From an uncultured delta proteobacterium (GTDB taxonomy: Bacteria > Desulfobacterota > RBG-13-43-22), in assembly GCA_963843145.1 (NCBI GenBank), contig CAWJJC010000020.1:480001-544000 (forward strand): a DNA stretch of 64,000 nt. The letters run 5' to 3'. The notes under the pieces are model-generated. The model was not told the origin of the DNA, ran no database searches, and saw only the letters and a list, made by a program, of their open reading frames with translations. Each line of letters opens with the position of its first letter. The stretch's first letter is position 1. Positions 41,282 through 50,900 of this stretch are shown here, piece by piece. The position numbers were made by a program, and so were the translations under genes.

Positions 41282-42769
41282 ATGATGCGTTCCGAATCCG
41301 AAATTGCGGTTCTTTTAAAGGCCGTGGACGCCTTCCAAAGGCGCCTGATCGTGATTTCCCCGGAGTTTAAGATCCTGGCCTACAACCGGCCCTTGGCGGA
41401 CGACAACGATTCACGGGTGATCGGCCGGCTTTGCCATGAATTGTTTTACGATCGTCCGGAACCCTGCGTGAACTGTGGTGTCCTGAAGGCCAAGGAAACC
41501 GGTCGGCCGACCCTGCATCCCAAGCCGGAAGAATTTGCCGACTTGGAAAAAATGCCCTGCTTTTATGCCTATCCGATTATAACCGCCGGGAAAGTCGAAG
41601 CTTTCGTGAGCCTGGACTTCGACCTGCCGGTTCGCGGGAAGATCGAAGACAAGCTGCAAAGTTCGAATGCCCTGTTGCGCAACCTGATCCTCAGCGCCGT
41701 GGACGGGGTCATCGCCGCCGACAAGAAAGGCAAGATTTTGATTTTTAACAACATGTCGGCCGAAATTTTCGGATACAGCATTGAGGAAGCCCTGCAAAGC
41801 CTGGATATCCGGGACATCTATCCCGATCAGCGGGCCCATGAGGTCATGAAGATGCTGCGCAGCGACCAATACGGCGGACAGGGGAAATTGTGTTCCTACG
41901 AGGTGGACGTAGTCCACAAGAGCGGCGAACGAATCCCCATCAACCTAAATGCCTCCATCGTCTACGAAGGCGAACGGGAGGTGGCCACTATCGGCTTTTT
42001 TCATGACCTGCGGGAAATCCAGCGCATGAAAGCCGAGCTGGAAAAAACACAGTTGCAATTGCTCCAGTCGGAAAAAATGGCCTCTCTCGGCAAACTGGCC
42101 GCCGGGGTGGCCCATCAGCTCAACAACCCCCTGGCCGGGATCACCCTCTACACCCGGTTGGTCCTGGAAGATTATCCCCTGGAGGCGGGCGCCCGGAAAG
42201 ACCTCCTCCGGGTACTGGAGGATGCCGAACGCTGTCGGGACACCGTCAAGGAACTGCTGGAGTTCACTCGCCAGACGCGCCACCTCATGCGGCCCCAAGA
42301 CATCAACCGGGCCATTTCCCGAACGCTCTTTCTTTTGGAAAATCAGGCGCTCTTTCAAAATATCATTATTGAAAAGGTCCTGGATCCGGCCCTGCCTCCG
42401 GTTCACAGCGACATCCAGCAATTGAACCACCTATTTATGAATATTATCCTGAACGCCGCCCAGGCCATGGAGGGGAAGGGGGAACTGAGCGTCAAGACCC
42501 TTTTTCTTCCCCAAACCGGACGGGTGCTGATCGAAATAGTCGATACCGGGCCGGGCATCCCCGAAAACATCCTGCCGCACATCTTCGATCCCTTCTTCAC
42601 CACCAAGCAGGAGGGGGAAGGCACCGGACTGGGATTGAGCCTGGTCTACGGGATCGTGGAAGCGCACGGGGGGCAAATCAAGGCTCGGAACCTTCCGGGT
42701 GGCGGGGCCGCTTTTATCATCGAACTGCCGATTCAATCCAAGGACGAAGAGGGGGACCAGGGTGAATAA
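41282..42769 (+). CDS. PAS-domain sensor histidine kinase
   Basis: N-terminal C..PCVNC PAS-like segment, PAS, GVAHQLNNPL, GTGLGL. Confidence 0.9.
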   Translation: MMRSESEIAVLLKAVDAFQRRLIVISPEFKILAYNRPLADDNDSRVIGRLCHELFYDRPEPCVNCGVLKAKETGRPTLHPKPEEFADLEKMPCFYAYPIITAGKVEAFVSLDFDLPVRGKIEDKLQSSNALLRNLILSAVDGVIAADKKGKILIFNNMSAEIFGYSIEEALQSLDIRDIYPDQRAHEVMKMLRSDQYGGQGKLCSYEVDVVHKSGERIPINLNASIVYEGEREVATIGFFHDLREIQRMKAELEKTQLQLLQSEKMASLGKLAAGVAHQLNNPLAGITLYTRLVLEDYPLEAGARKDLLRVLEDAERCRDTVKELLEFTRQTRHLMRPQDINRAISRTLFLLENQALFQNIIIEKVLDPALPPVHSDIQQLNHLFMNIILNAAQAMEGKGELSVKTLFLPQTGRVLIEIVDTGPGIPENILPHIFDPFFTTKQEGEGTGLGLSLVYGIVEAHGGQIKARNLPGGGAAFIIELPIQSKDEEGDQGE

Positions 42770-44246
42770 AGAGGTCGAGACGATCCGGGTGCTGGTGGTG
42801 GACGATGAACGGGATATTCGGGAGGGTTCGGAACGCATTCTGAGCCGCCTCGGTTTTCAACTGAAGACCGCGGCCCGAGGGGATGAGGCCCTCCGGATTT
42901 TCGAGCAGGCGCGACCGGCCATCGTGCTGCTCGATCTGAAGATGCCCGGCCTGGACGGCATGGAGGTCCTGCAACGGCTTCGGGAACTGGACCCCGCCAT
43001 CCTGGTAATCGTCATCACCGGATACGCTACCGTCGAAACGGCCATTGAAGCCATGAAGCAGGGGGCCTACGACTTTATCCCCAAGCCTTTCGAGCCGGAT
43101 CAACTGCGCATCGTCGTCAACCGAGCGGCGGAAAAGGTCCGTCTGACCCGGGAAACCCGGAAACTCGCATTGGAAAAGGCCCGTACCCTGTCGGATCTGG
43201 ACACCGAGAAGAGCCGCCTCCGGACCATCATCGAATCCCTGCCCGACGGCGTCCTGGTTACCAACACCGGCGGGCAAGTCGTGCTGATCAATCCATCCTG
43301 CCGGCAGATGTTGAAACTGGAGCGGGACAGCGCCCCGGGTCGACCCATTCAAGACTACCTGCCGGATGAGGCCCTGTGCCGACTGCTGATGGAGATATCC
43401 AAAGGAAAACATGTGGATTACGGGGATATCCCCGAACAGGAATTCGCCCTGGCCGACGGGACTTATTTGCGGGCTGTCGCCCAGCCGGTATTGGGGGACC
43501 GCAAGGAATGCCTGGGTGCGATCGTCACCTTCCTCGACATTACCAGCCTGAAGGTGCTGGACCGGCTCAAGTCGGAATTCGTGGCCAAGGTGTCCCATGA
43601 ACTGCGCTCGCCCCTGTCCACCATCCACGAACAGCTTGCCCTGGTGATCGGCGAACTGGTGGGCACCGAACCCCAACAGCACCTGCTGAACCGGGCCAAG
43701 GAAAAAACTCAGGCCTTAATCACCTTCATCGGCGACCTGCTCGACCTGTCGCGCATCGAGGAGGGGCTCATCTGCCGGGAGCCGAAACCGGTCCGGCTGG
43801 AGGAACTGCTGAAAAACATCGTGGATTTCCTGGCCGTGCGGGCCGAGGCCCGGAAACAGTCCCTGACCCTCCTGGTGTCGGCCAAAGACCTGCCGGAAAT
43901 CGAGGCCGATCCGGTCGCCCTGGAGAGTATTTTCGGCAACCTGATCACCAACGCTCTCACCTACACCCCGGAGGGCGGCCGCATTCGGGTGGAACTGGAC
44001 CGGGCCGGCATCAACCTCCGAGTAAAGGTTGTGGACAACGGCTTGGGAATTGCTGAAAAACACCTCGACAAAATATTCGATCGTTTCTACCGGGTTAAAG
44101 ACGAGAAAACCCGCTTTATCACCGGAACCGGACTCGGGTTGCCCATCGTCAAGGGTCTGGTGGATTCGCTGGGCGGGATCATCGAGGTGGCCAGCAACCC
44201 AGGAGAGGGATCGACCTTTACGATCCTGTTGCCGGTCCGACCATAG
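42762..44246 (+). CDS. Hybrid receiver-PAS-histidine kinase
   Basis: GTG start overlapping the upstream stop; VLVVDDE, DLKMPG, VSHELRSPL, GTGLGL. Confidence 0.9.
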   Translation: MNKEVETIRVLVVDDERDIREGSERILSRLGFQLKTAARGDEALRIFEQARPAIVLLDLKMPGLDGMEVLQRLRELDPAILVIVITGYATVETAIEAMKQGAYDFIPKPFEPDQLRIVVNRAAEKVRLTRETRKLALEKARTLSDLDTEKSRLRTIIESLPDGVLVTNTGGQVVLINPSCRQMLKLERDSAPGRPIQDYLPDEALCRLLMEISKGKHVDYGDIPEQEFALADGTYLRAVAQPVLGDRKECLGAIVTFLDITSLKVLDRLKSEFVAKVSHELRSPLSTIHEQLALVIGELVGTEPQQHLLNRAKEKTQALITFIGDLLDLSRIEEGLICREPKPVRLEELLKNIVDFLAVRAEARKQSLTLLVSAKDLPEIEADPVALESIFGNLITNALTYTPEGGRIRVELDRAGINLRVKVVDNGLGIAEKHLDKIFDRFYRVKDEKTRFITGTGLGLPIVKGLVDSLGGIIEVASNPGEGSTFTILLPVRP

Positions 44247-44254
44247 GGGGTTTT

Positions 44255-44289
44255 AAAGGATGAACGTCGAACATGGAACGTTCATCTTT
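44255..44289. terminator. Stem-loop between convergent genes
   Basis: AAGGATGAACGT...ACGTTCATCTTT. Confidence 0.5.
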
Positions 44290-44301
44290 GTATTTATTCA
44301 G

Positions 44302-45123
44302 TTAGTCTTCATCTTCGTTTAACGCCTTGATAAACTCCTCCGGGGGAACCTGCAACCCGGTCCACAGGGCAAAGGCCCTCCGCGCCTGCTGGGCCAAGGC
44401 CGGCAGACCGTCCAGGAAACGGATGCCTCTGGAATTCGCCATTTCCTCCCAAAAATTATTCGGTCGGCCGTAGTTAAGGTCAAAAACCAGTTGGCAGCCG
44501 GGGACTTCGAGGCGCTGGATCAGGCCGGCCATTTCCGGGGATTCAGCGGGGCTGGAAACGGCGGTGGCGTTAACCACAAGATCCACCGGCAGCGGCCGGT
44601 CGGATAATAACCCCAGGTCCAGCGGCTCTCCACCTAAGGCTTCCGTCAGAGACCTGGTTTTTTCCAACCGGCGGCCGGTAACATAAATGGCGGCGGCCCG
44701 CAACCAGTTTAAAATAAATACTACTGCCCGGGCGGCCCCGCCGGTTCCCAAAACCAGCGCGGTTTTTCCATCCACTTCGAATCCCGCCTCGCCCAGGGCT
44801 TCCATGATGCCGATGGCGTTGGTGTTGTACCCCTTCAATCGGTCACCGTCCCGGACAATAGTGTTGACTGCGCCGATGATATTCGCCCCCTCGGAAAGGA
44901 CGTCCAGCAGGGGCAGGACCGCTTCCTTGTAGGGCACGGTGATGTTGGCGCCCGCCAGATGAAGGATCCGGATGCTGTTGATCGCCTCTCCCAGGTCGCG
45001 CGGCTTGACCACGAAGGGCACATAGGTCCCCTTGATCCCCTGGCGCTTCAGCACCCGGGTAAATATGGCCGGGGATTTCAACTGAACCGCCCGTTCGTCA
45101 CTGATGATACAGTAGACTTTCAT
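44302..45123 (-). CDS. Shikimate dehydrogenase-like (AroE family), divergent active site
   Basis: GANITVPYK, GAVNT, GTGGAARA, DLNY; NTD is replaced by NTN. Confidence 0.8.
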   Translation of the reverse strand: MKVYCIISDERAVQLKSPAIFTRVLKRQGIKGTYVPFVVKPRDLGEAINSIRILHLAGANITVPYKEAVLPLLDVLSEGANIIGAVNTIVRDGDRLKGYNTNAIGIMEALGEAGFEVDGKTALVLGTGGAARAVVFILNWLRAAAIYVTGRRLEKTRSLTEALGGEPLDLGLLSDRPLPVDLVVNATAVSSPAESPEMAGLIQRLEVPGCQLVFDLNYGRPNNFWEEMANSRGIRFLDGLPALAQQARRAFALWTGLQVPPEEFIKALNEDED

Positions 45124-45257
45124 CGAAGAAAAAGCCTAATTATTAGGTTAATAGGTTGGGTGGAGAAAAGCCAAACCCTTCGGATCATCTGTGGAGTTAT
45201 TTTCGTACTAAACCCCCATGCCCGCGGACGGACACCCGCAAAGCATGAAAATATCGG

Positions 45258-45347
45258 GTAGGGGAGGCTTCAGCCTCCCCGGTTGGGCGACTAAAGTCGC
45301 CCCTACCCAGACCTATCCGTAGGGGAGACGGGCCGGTCGCCCTTACG
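45258..45347. repeat. Two GTAGGG...CCC(C/T)TAC REP-like palindromes
   Basis: GTAGGGGAGGC...GTCGCCCCTAC (45258-45306) and CGTAGGGGAGAC...GTCGCCCTTACG (45318-45347). Confidence 0.65.
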
Positions 45348-45352
45348 CCTGG

Positions 45353-45742
45353 CTACAGCTTCAGCAACCGCTTCAGACTCTTGGTAATCTCCTCGGCCGA
45401 GGCCGGCTTACTGATATAGTCGTCCGCCTCGGTCTCCAGGCCGTCCCGGTGGGTGTAGCGCGTGGAGGTCACGTGGGAAGCCACGGCCGTCAGCAGGATA
45501 ACGGGGATATCGCGGGTTTGCTCATCCTCCTTGAGCTCTTTGCAGACCTGGTACCCGTCCTTCTCGGGCATCATTACATCCAGCACGATGGCATCCGGCG
45601 GATTGGCCCGGACTTTCTCCAGGCCCTCCACCCCGTTATAGGCCACCTCGACCGTAAAGCCTTCCTTTTCCAAGTTTTTCTGTACAATGGTAGCGAAATC
45701 CGGTTCGTCATCAACCACCAACACTCTTTTATTCAGGTTCAT
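45353..45742 (-). CDS. Single-domain response regulator
   Basis: VLVVDDE, LDVMMP, LLTA, YISKP; AGGAGG RBS. Confidence 0.9.
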   Translation of the reverse strand: MNLNKRVLVVDDEPDFATIVQKNLEKEGFTVEVAYNGVEGLEKVRANPPDAIVLDVMMPEKDGYQVCKELKEDEQTRDIPVILLTAVASHVTSTRYTHRDGLETEADDYISKPASAEEITKSLKRLLKL

Positions 45743-45865
45743 AACTACCTCCTTGTCTCGGGCACCAACGGGTGCGTTGCTTGGGCCTAGGTGCCTTAAT
45801 GATTAATAATCAATGGTTAATAATTAATTGGTAATTGTTCAAACCTTCCGCCCCGATTCCACCTG

Positions 45866-46798
45866 TCAAATTACGCTCGGCCGAGGATACAGCCCCGCCC
45901 GTTCAACGATTTCCGGAACTTTCTCTTCCCATTCGATGGCCATGATGTGAAATCCGGCTACCCCCTTCACCTCTCTCAGGCGCTCGATGGACTCCACGCA
46001 GATCTTAATCCCCTCTTCGGCCTGCTTGTCCTTGGGGGTGTCGGCCAGGCGCTTGACGATTTCATCCGGGACATCCATCCCCGGGACCCGGTTCTTCATG
46101 TAGCGGGCCATCCCGACTGACTTCATCGGGGTCAAGCCGGCCAGGATAGACGCTTGCTCGGTTAATCCCCGATCCCGCGCCTTGCCGATCCAGTCTTCGA
46201 ACTTGTCGAGATTGTAGATGCACTGGGTTTGAATAAACTCGACTCCGGCGGCAATTTTCTTGGCCAGCCGGGGCACGCGGATCTCGTACGGGTCAGCAAA
46301 AGGGTTTTCCGCCGCGCCGACAAACATCCGCGGCGGCCGGGCGATGGCATCGCCGCCCAGAAATTTTCCCTCGTCGCGCATGAGACGGACGGTCTGAATC
46401 AATTGCATCGAGTCTAGGTCATATACGTTCTGTCCCCTGGCGCAGTCACCGAAGCTCTGGTGGTCGCCGGACAGGCAGAGGATGTTGAAGATATCAAAGG
46501 AAGCCGCACCCAGGATGTCGCTCTGGAGGGCGATCCGGTTCCGATCCCGGGTTACCATCTGCAGCACCGGCTCCAGCCCCATCAGTTTCAGGCGGATGCA
46601 GGCGGCCAGACTACAGAGGCGGGTCATGGAGGTCTGGTTGTCCGTCACGTTGACGGCATCCACGTGATTCTTGATCATTTCGGCCTTACGGATGATCACT
46701 TCCGGATCGCTGCCCCGGGGGGGCCCCACTTCCGACGTGACGGCCAACTGTCCGGAAGCCAAAATTTTTTCCAGTTTACTGGGTGTCTTGACTGTCAT
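45866..46798 (-). CDS. metF: Methylenetetrahydrofolate reductase
   Basis: SEVGPPRG, NVTDNQ, RDRNRIALQSD, LSGD, FIQTQ, GFHIMA. Confidence 0.9.
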   Translation of the reverse strand: MTVKTPSKLEKILASGQLAVTSEVGPPRGSDPEVIIRKAEMIKNHVDAVNVTDNQTSMTRLCSLAACIRLKLMGLEPVLQMVTRDRNRIALQSDILGAASFDIFNILCLSGDHQSFGDCARGQNVYDLDSMQLIQTVRLMRDEGKFLGGDAIARPPRMFVGAAENPFADPYEIRVPRLAKKIAAGVEFIQTQCIYNLDKFEDWIGKARDRGLTEQASILAGLTPMKSVGMARYMKNRVPGMDVPDEIVKRLADTPKDKQAEEGIKICVESIERLREVKGVAGFHIMAIEWEEKVPEIVERAGLYPRPSVI

Positions 46799-47463
46799 AA
46801 CTTCAAATCCTCCCGCACCACTTTTCGCGGTCCGCCCGCCCGGTCGGTGGACCAGTCTTTAATAGGGACTATTTTTTCATAGTCATCCATCCGCCCCAGC
46901 GCCTTCAGTCGGTCGATAATCAATTGCCAGCCGCAGGGCACCTCCTGATGGATTTCACATTTTCCGGCGCTGGATCCGCCGCAGGGCCCGTTCAGGATCC
47001 GCTTGGCGCAGCGGGATACCGGACAGATGCCCCCGGTAATCGCCAACAGGCACTGACCGCAGCCCTGGCAGCGTTCCGACCATACACCCCGGGCTTCGTT
47101 GGCCCCCATGAAGAGCGTGTTTACGCCGGGATAGACCGGCTTGGTCTGGTATTTCTCGGCGGTGAACTGTACGCCCACCCCGCAGGCGATGGACACCACC
47201 ACCTCATACAGGTCGATGACCCCACGGATTTCCTCCAGGTACTCGTGGTCGCACTGCCGCTCCAGCGTCCGTTCTCCGATATTGACTTCCCGGCCTTGCT
47301 GGAGAAAATGCATGCGGAGCGCGGAAGCCAGCAGGCCCACTTCTTTTTTTCCTCCGGCCTCGCAGACGGTTACACATTCATTGCACCCCAGAACCAGAAT
47401 GCTTTGGCAGTCCCTGACGGTATCAATAATCTCTTCGATCGGCTTTTTTTCGGCTACAATCAT
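46795..47463 (-). CDS. metV: MetV (Fe-S/Zn accessory subunit of MTHFR)
   Basis: Start MIVAEKKP overlaps the mvhD stop; GCNECVTVC, RQCD, ACGVG, CQGCGQC, CPVSRCAKRILNGPCGG. Confidence 0.9.
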   Translation of the reverse strand: MIVAEKKPIEEIIDTVRDCQSILVLGCNECVTVCEAGGKKEVGLLASALRMHFLQQGREVNIGERTLERQCDHEYLEEIRGVIDLYEVVVSIACGVGVQFTAEKYQTKPVYPGVNTLFMGANEARGVWSERCQGCGQCLLAITGGICPVSRCAKRILNGPCGGSSAGKCEIHQEVPCGWQLIIDRLKALGRMDDYEKIVPIKDWSTDRAGGPRKVVREDLKL

Positions 47464-47909
47464 CGCTGGCTTCCTCCATTCTTTCTTTTCTCCAGGACCG
47501 TCCGGATCGGGTTCGGACCCGCGGCCAGAATCCGGGCCTGCATCTCCTCGGCAAACCGGGCGAAGCTGGGACCGTCGCTGGAAGACAGGTTGTACATCTG
47601 CAACCGCTGCCCCCCGATTCCGATGGAGTCTAAAACTTTTTGGGTTTGGGCCACCCGGGCCTTGGCCCGGAAATTTCCCGTGTTGTAATGGCAGTCCCCC
47701 TCCCGGCATCCGACCACGTAGACCCCGTCGGCCCCTTTTTCGAAGGGTCGCAGGAGATGCAGCGTGTCCACTTTGCCGGTGCAGGGAACGCGGATAATCT
47801 TGATGGCCGTCGGGTAACTGAGCCGCATCGAACCTGCCAGGTCCGCCGCTGTGTACCCTCAGTAATTGCAGCAAAAAGCCACAATGATCGGATCAAAGTC
47901 TGAACTCAT
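47460..47909 (-). CDS. mvhD: MvhD-like [2Fe-2S] protein, predicted selenoprotein (in-frame UGA at codon 17)
   Basis: [33 protein letters not shown]...PCTGKVD...GADGV...GCREGDCHY. The TGA at 47861-47859 sits at a conserved Cys position; ATGA overlaps at both ends. Confidence 0.9.
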
Positions 47910-50900
47910 AGGCTCCCCTCCATTAAGGCGTCGATCTTGCACAAGAGCTGGTCGTCTTCGTACCAGTTGAGTTCAATGACCTTGGCCGGGCATTCCGCGG
48001 CGCAGATGCCGCAACCCTGACACAAGGCCTCATCGATTTCACTGACCCCGTCGGCATTGATCCTCGGCACGGAGTAAGGGCAGGACCGCACGCAAACCAG
48101 GCAAGCCGCGCAGAGTTCGGTATTGACCCGGGCGGTTACGGCCGAGAGGGTCAATTGTTTTTGGGACAGGAAGGTCGTGGCCCGGGAGGCTGCCGCCAAA
48201 GCCTGGGCGATGGTTTCATCCAGCAGTTTCGGGCTGTGGGCCGTGCCGCAGACGAAGATCCCTTCCGTGGCCATGTCCACCGGACGCAGCTTGACATGAG
48301 CTTCCATGAAGTAGCCTTCGGCGGTACGAGCCAGCTTGACGATCGAGGCCAGCTCTTCGGTATCGGCGGCTCGCATGCCGGCGCTGAGTGCCAGCAAATC
48401 GACCTCCACCTGCAGATCGCGGCCCAGGATGAGGTCCCGGAAGGTCAAGACCAGACCGGCGGCGGACCGTTCGGCCCGGGGCGGATTCTCGGGATCGAAG
48501 CGGAAGAAATAGACCCCTTTCTCCCGGGCTTCCTTGTAGTAATCCTCCAGCAACCCGTAGGTACGCATGTCCCGGTAGAGGAGGTAAACATCGGCTTCGG
48601 GATTGAGCTTTTTTATCTTGAGGGCGTTTTTGACCGCGCTCTGGCAACAGATTCGCGAGCAATTCGGGTTTTCCTCGTTCCGCGAGCCGATGCACTGGAT
48701 CATGGCCACCCGGTTCAAGTCCGCGGCGCCCCGGTCTTTCAAGCGCTTGGCCAGGTCCACCTGGGTCATGACTTTATCGCTTTGACCGAAGTGATATTCC
48801 CGCGGCTGATATTCCACGGCCCCGGTGGCGACGATCGTCACCCCGTGTTTGATCTTGCGTTCGTACATCCCGGGACCGACCAGCACCTCGGTGGTGAAAT
48901 TGCCCTTGAACCCGGTAAAACCGACGATCAGGGAGCGGGTCAGGACCTGAATCAGGGGATGGGTGGTTACCTGCCGGATCAGGTCCTGCAGATAGGCCTG
49001 CACGTCGTCTCCCTCGATGGTGAAGGTCAGGCGGTTGGCCATGCCTCCCAACTGCTCTTCTTTTTCGACCAGAACGACTTCATAGCCCTGGTCGGCCAGA
49101 CCGAGGGCGGCGTTCATTCCGGCCACCCCGCCGCCGACCACCACGGCCCTTGGGTTAACCGAGATGACCTTCTCCCCCAAAGGCTGGAGCGTCGCGGCCC
49201 GCGAGACGGCCATGCGGATCAGTTGACAGGCCTTGTGGGTGGCTTCTTCGGGGTCGTCCGCATGGACCCAGGAATCCTGGTTGCGGATGTTGGCCATTTC
49301 CAGCAGGTATTTGTTCAAGCCGCTCCCTTCGAGGGTATCCATGAAGATGCCCTCGTGGGTTTTCGGGGTGCAGGCGGCCACCACCACCCGGTTGAGCCGC
49401 TGTTCCCGAATGACTTCTTTCATCCGCACCAGGGAATCCTGGCTGCAGGAAAAGAGATTCTGGCCGGCGTAGACTACTTGAGGCAGGGTGCGGGCGTATT
49501 CCTCGGCCGCGGCCACGTCCACCACCCCGGCGATGTTGATGCCGCAGTTGCAGACAAAAACGCCGATCCGCGGCTCCTCGGCGGAAACGTCAATCTGTTC
49601 GGGCAATTCCACCCGCCGGGTGCGGGTATGGCGAGCGGCGGCCAGCTTTCCCCCCGCCAGGCAGGCGGCGGCGCTGGCTTCCATGACCGAACTGGGGATA
49701 TCCTTCGGTCCCTGGAAGACCCCGCAGGCATAGACGCCCGGGCGGGAAGTCTCCAGGGGCGAAAAGGTCGGTTTCACGGCGAAGCCGTAGCCGTCCAGGT
49801 CGACCCCGAGCCGCCCAGCCAGCTCCCGGGAGGAAGGGGGCACCTGGAGCCCTACGGACAGGACGATCATATCAAAGACTTCCTCCCGCAGTTCGCCGGT
49901 TTCGTCGGCATAGCGGACCCGCAGATCGCCCCGTTCATTGATTTCGTCGAAGGAATGAATCCGCGCCTTGACGAAACGGACGCCGGCCCGGTCTCGGGCC
50001 CGCAGATAATACTTTTCGTAGTCCTTGCCGAAAGTGCGGATATCCATATTGAAGATGGTGCATTCCAAACCGCCCGGGGCGTGCTCCTTGGCCATCATGG
50101 CATCCTTGATGGCGTACATGCAGCAGACCGAGGAACAGTAGCCGTTGCCGCACTGGTTGGTGTCCCGGGAGCCGACGCACTGGAACCAGGCGATTTTTTT
50201 CGGCTCCTGCTGATCGGAGGGGCGGATCAGGTGCCCCATCGTCGGTCCGGAAGCGCTTAGGAGTCCGCTCAAATTCCAGGCTGGTCATAACGTTGGGATT
50301 GCTGCGGTATTGAAAATAGCTCCTCCAGCCGCGGGGAATCATAGGGCCGGCTCCCCGTGGCTAAAATAACCGATCCGATTTCGATTTCTTTTTCCACCAT
50401 CTGCTGGTCGTGGTCCACGGCCCCGGCCAGGCAGGCGTTCACGCACTGGTAGCATTCGGAACAGATCCCGCAGGCCAGACACCGTTCGGCTTCCCGTCGG
50501 CTTTGATCCTCCCGGTAGCCCAACTGAACCTCATTAAAGTTTTGAATCCGCCGGTCGGCCGGGGCGTGGTCCATGGCCGTGCGGGCGATCCGGGTTCGGC
50601 CCGCGAGCGGCACGTCGGACACCCCTTCCCAGCGCGCCGGCCGACCCTGGTACAGGTCCTGCCCCCGAAGAAACCGGTCGATGGACAGGGCCGCTTCCTT
50701 TCCGGCCCCGATGGCCTCAACCACGGTCCGCGGCCCGGTAACGGCATCGCCCCCGGCAAAAATATCCGGGTCGCCGGACTGCAGGGTCATCGGATCCACC
50801 CGGAGGGTACCCCAGTCGCTGAGGGAGCAGGCGCATTCTTCCGTCAGACAGGCCCAATCGGATTCCTGGCCGATAGCCGGGATAACGGCATCGACCTCCA

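Noticed and set aside
46795-47874. 359-aa version of MetV in the ORF track
   Set aside because: The N-terminal extension is an alternative frame of mvhD. The real start is the ATG at 47463 overlapping the mvhD stop.
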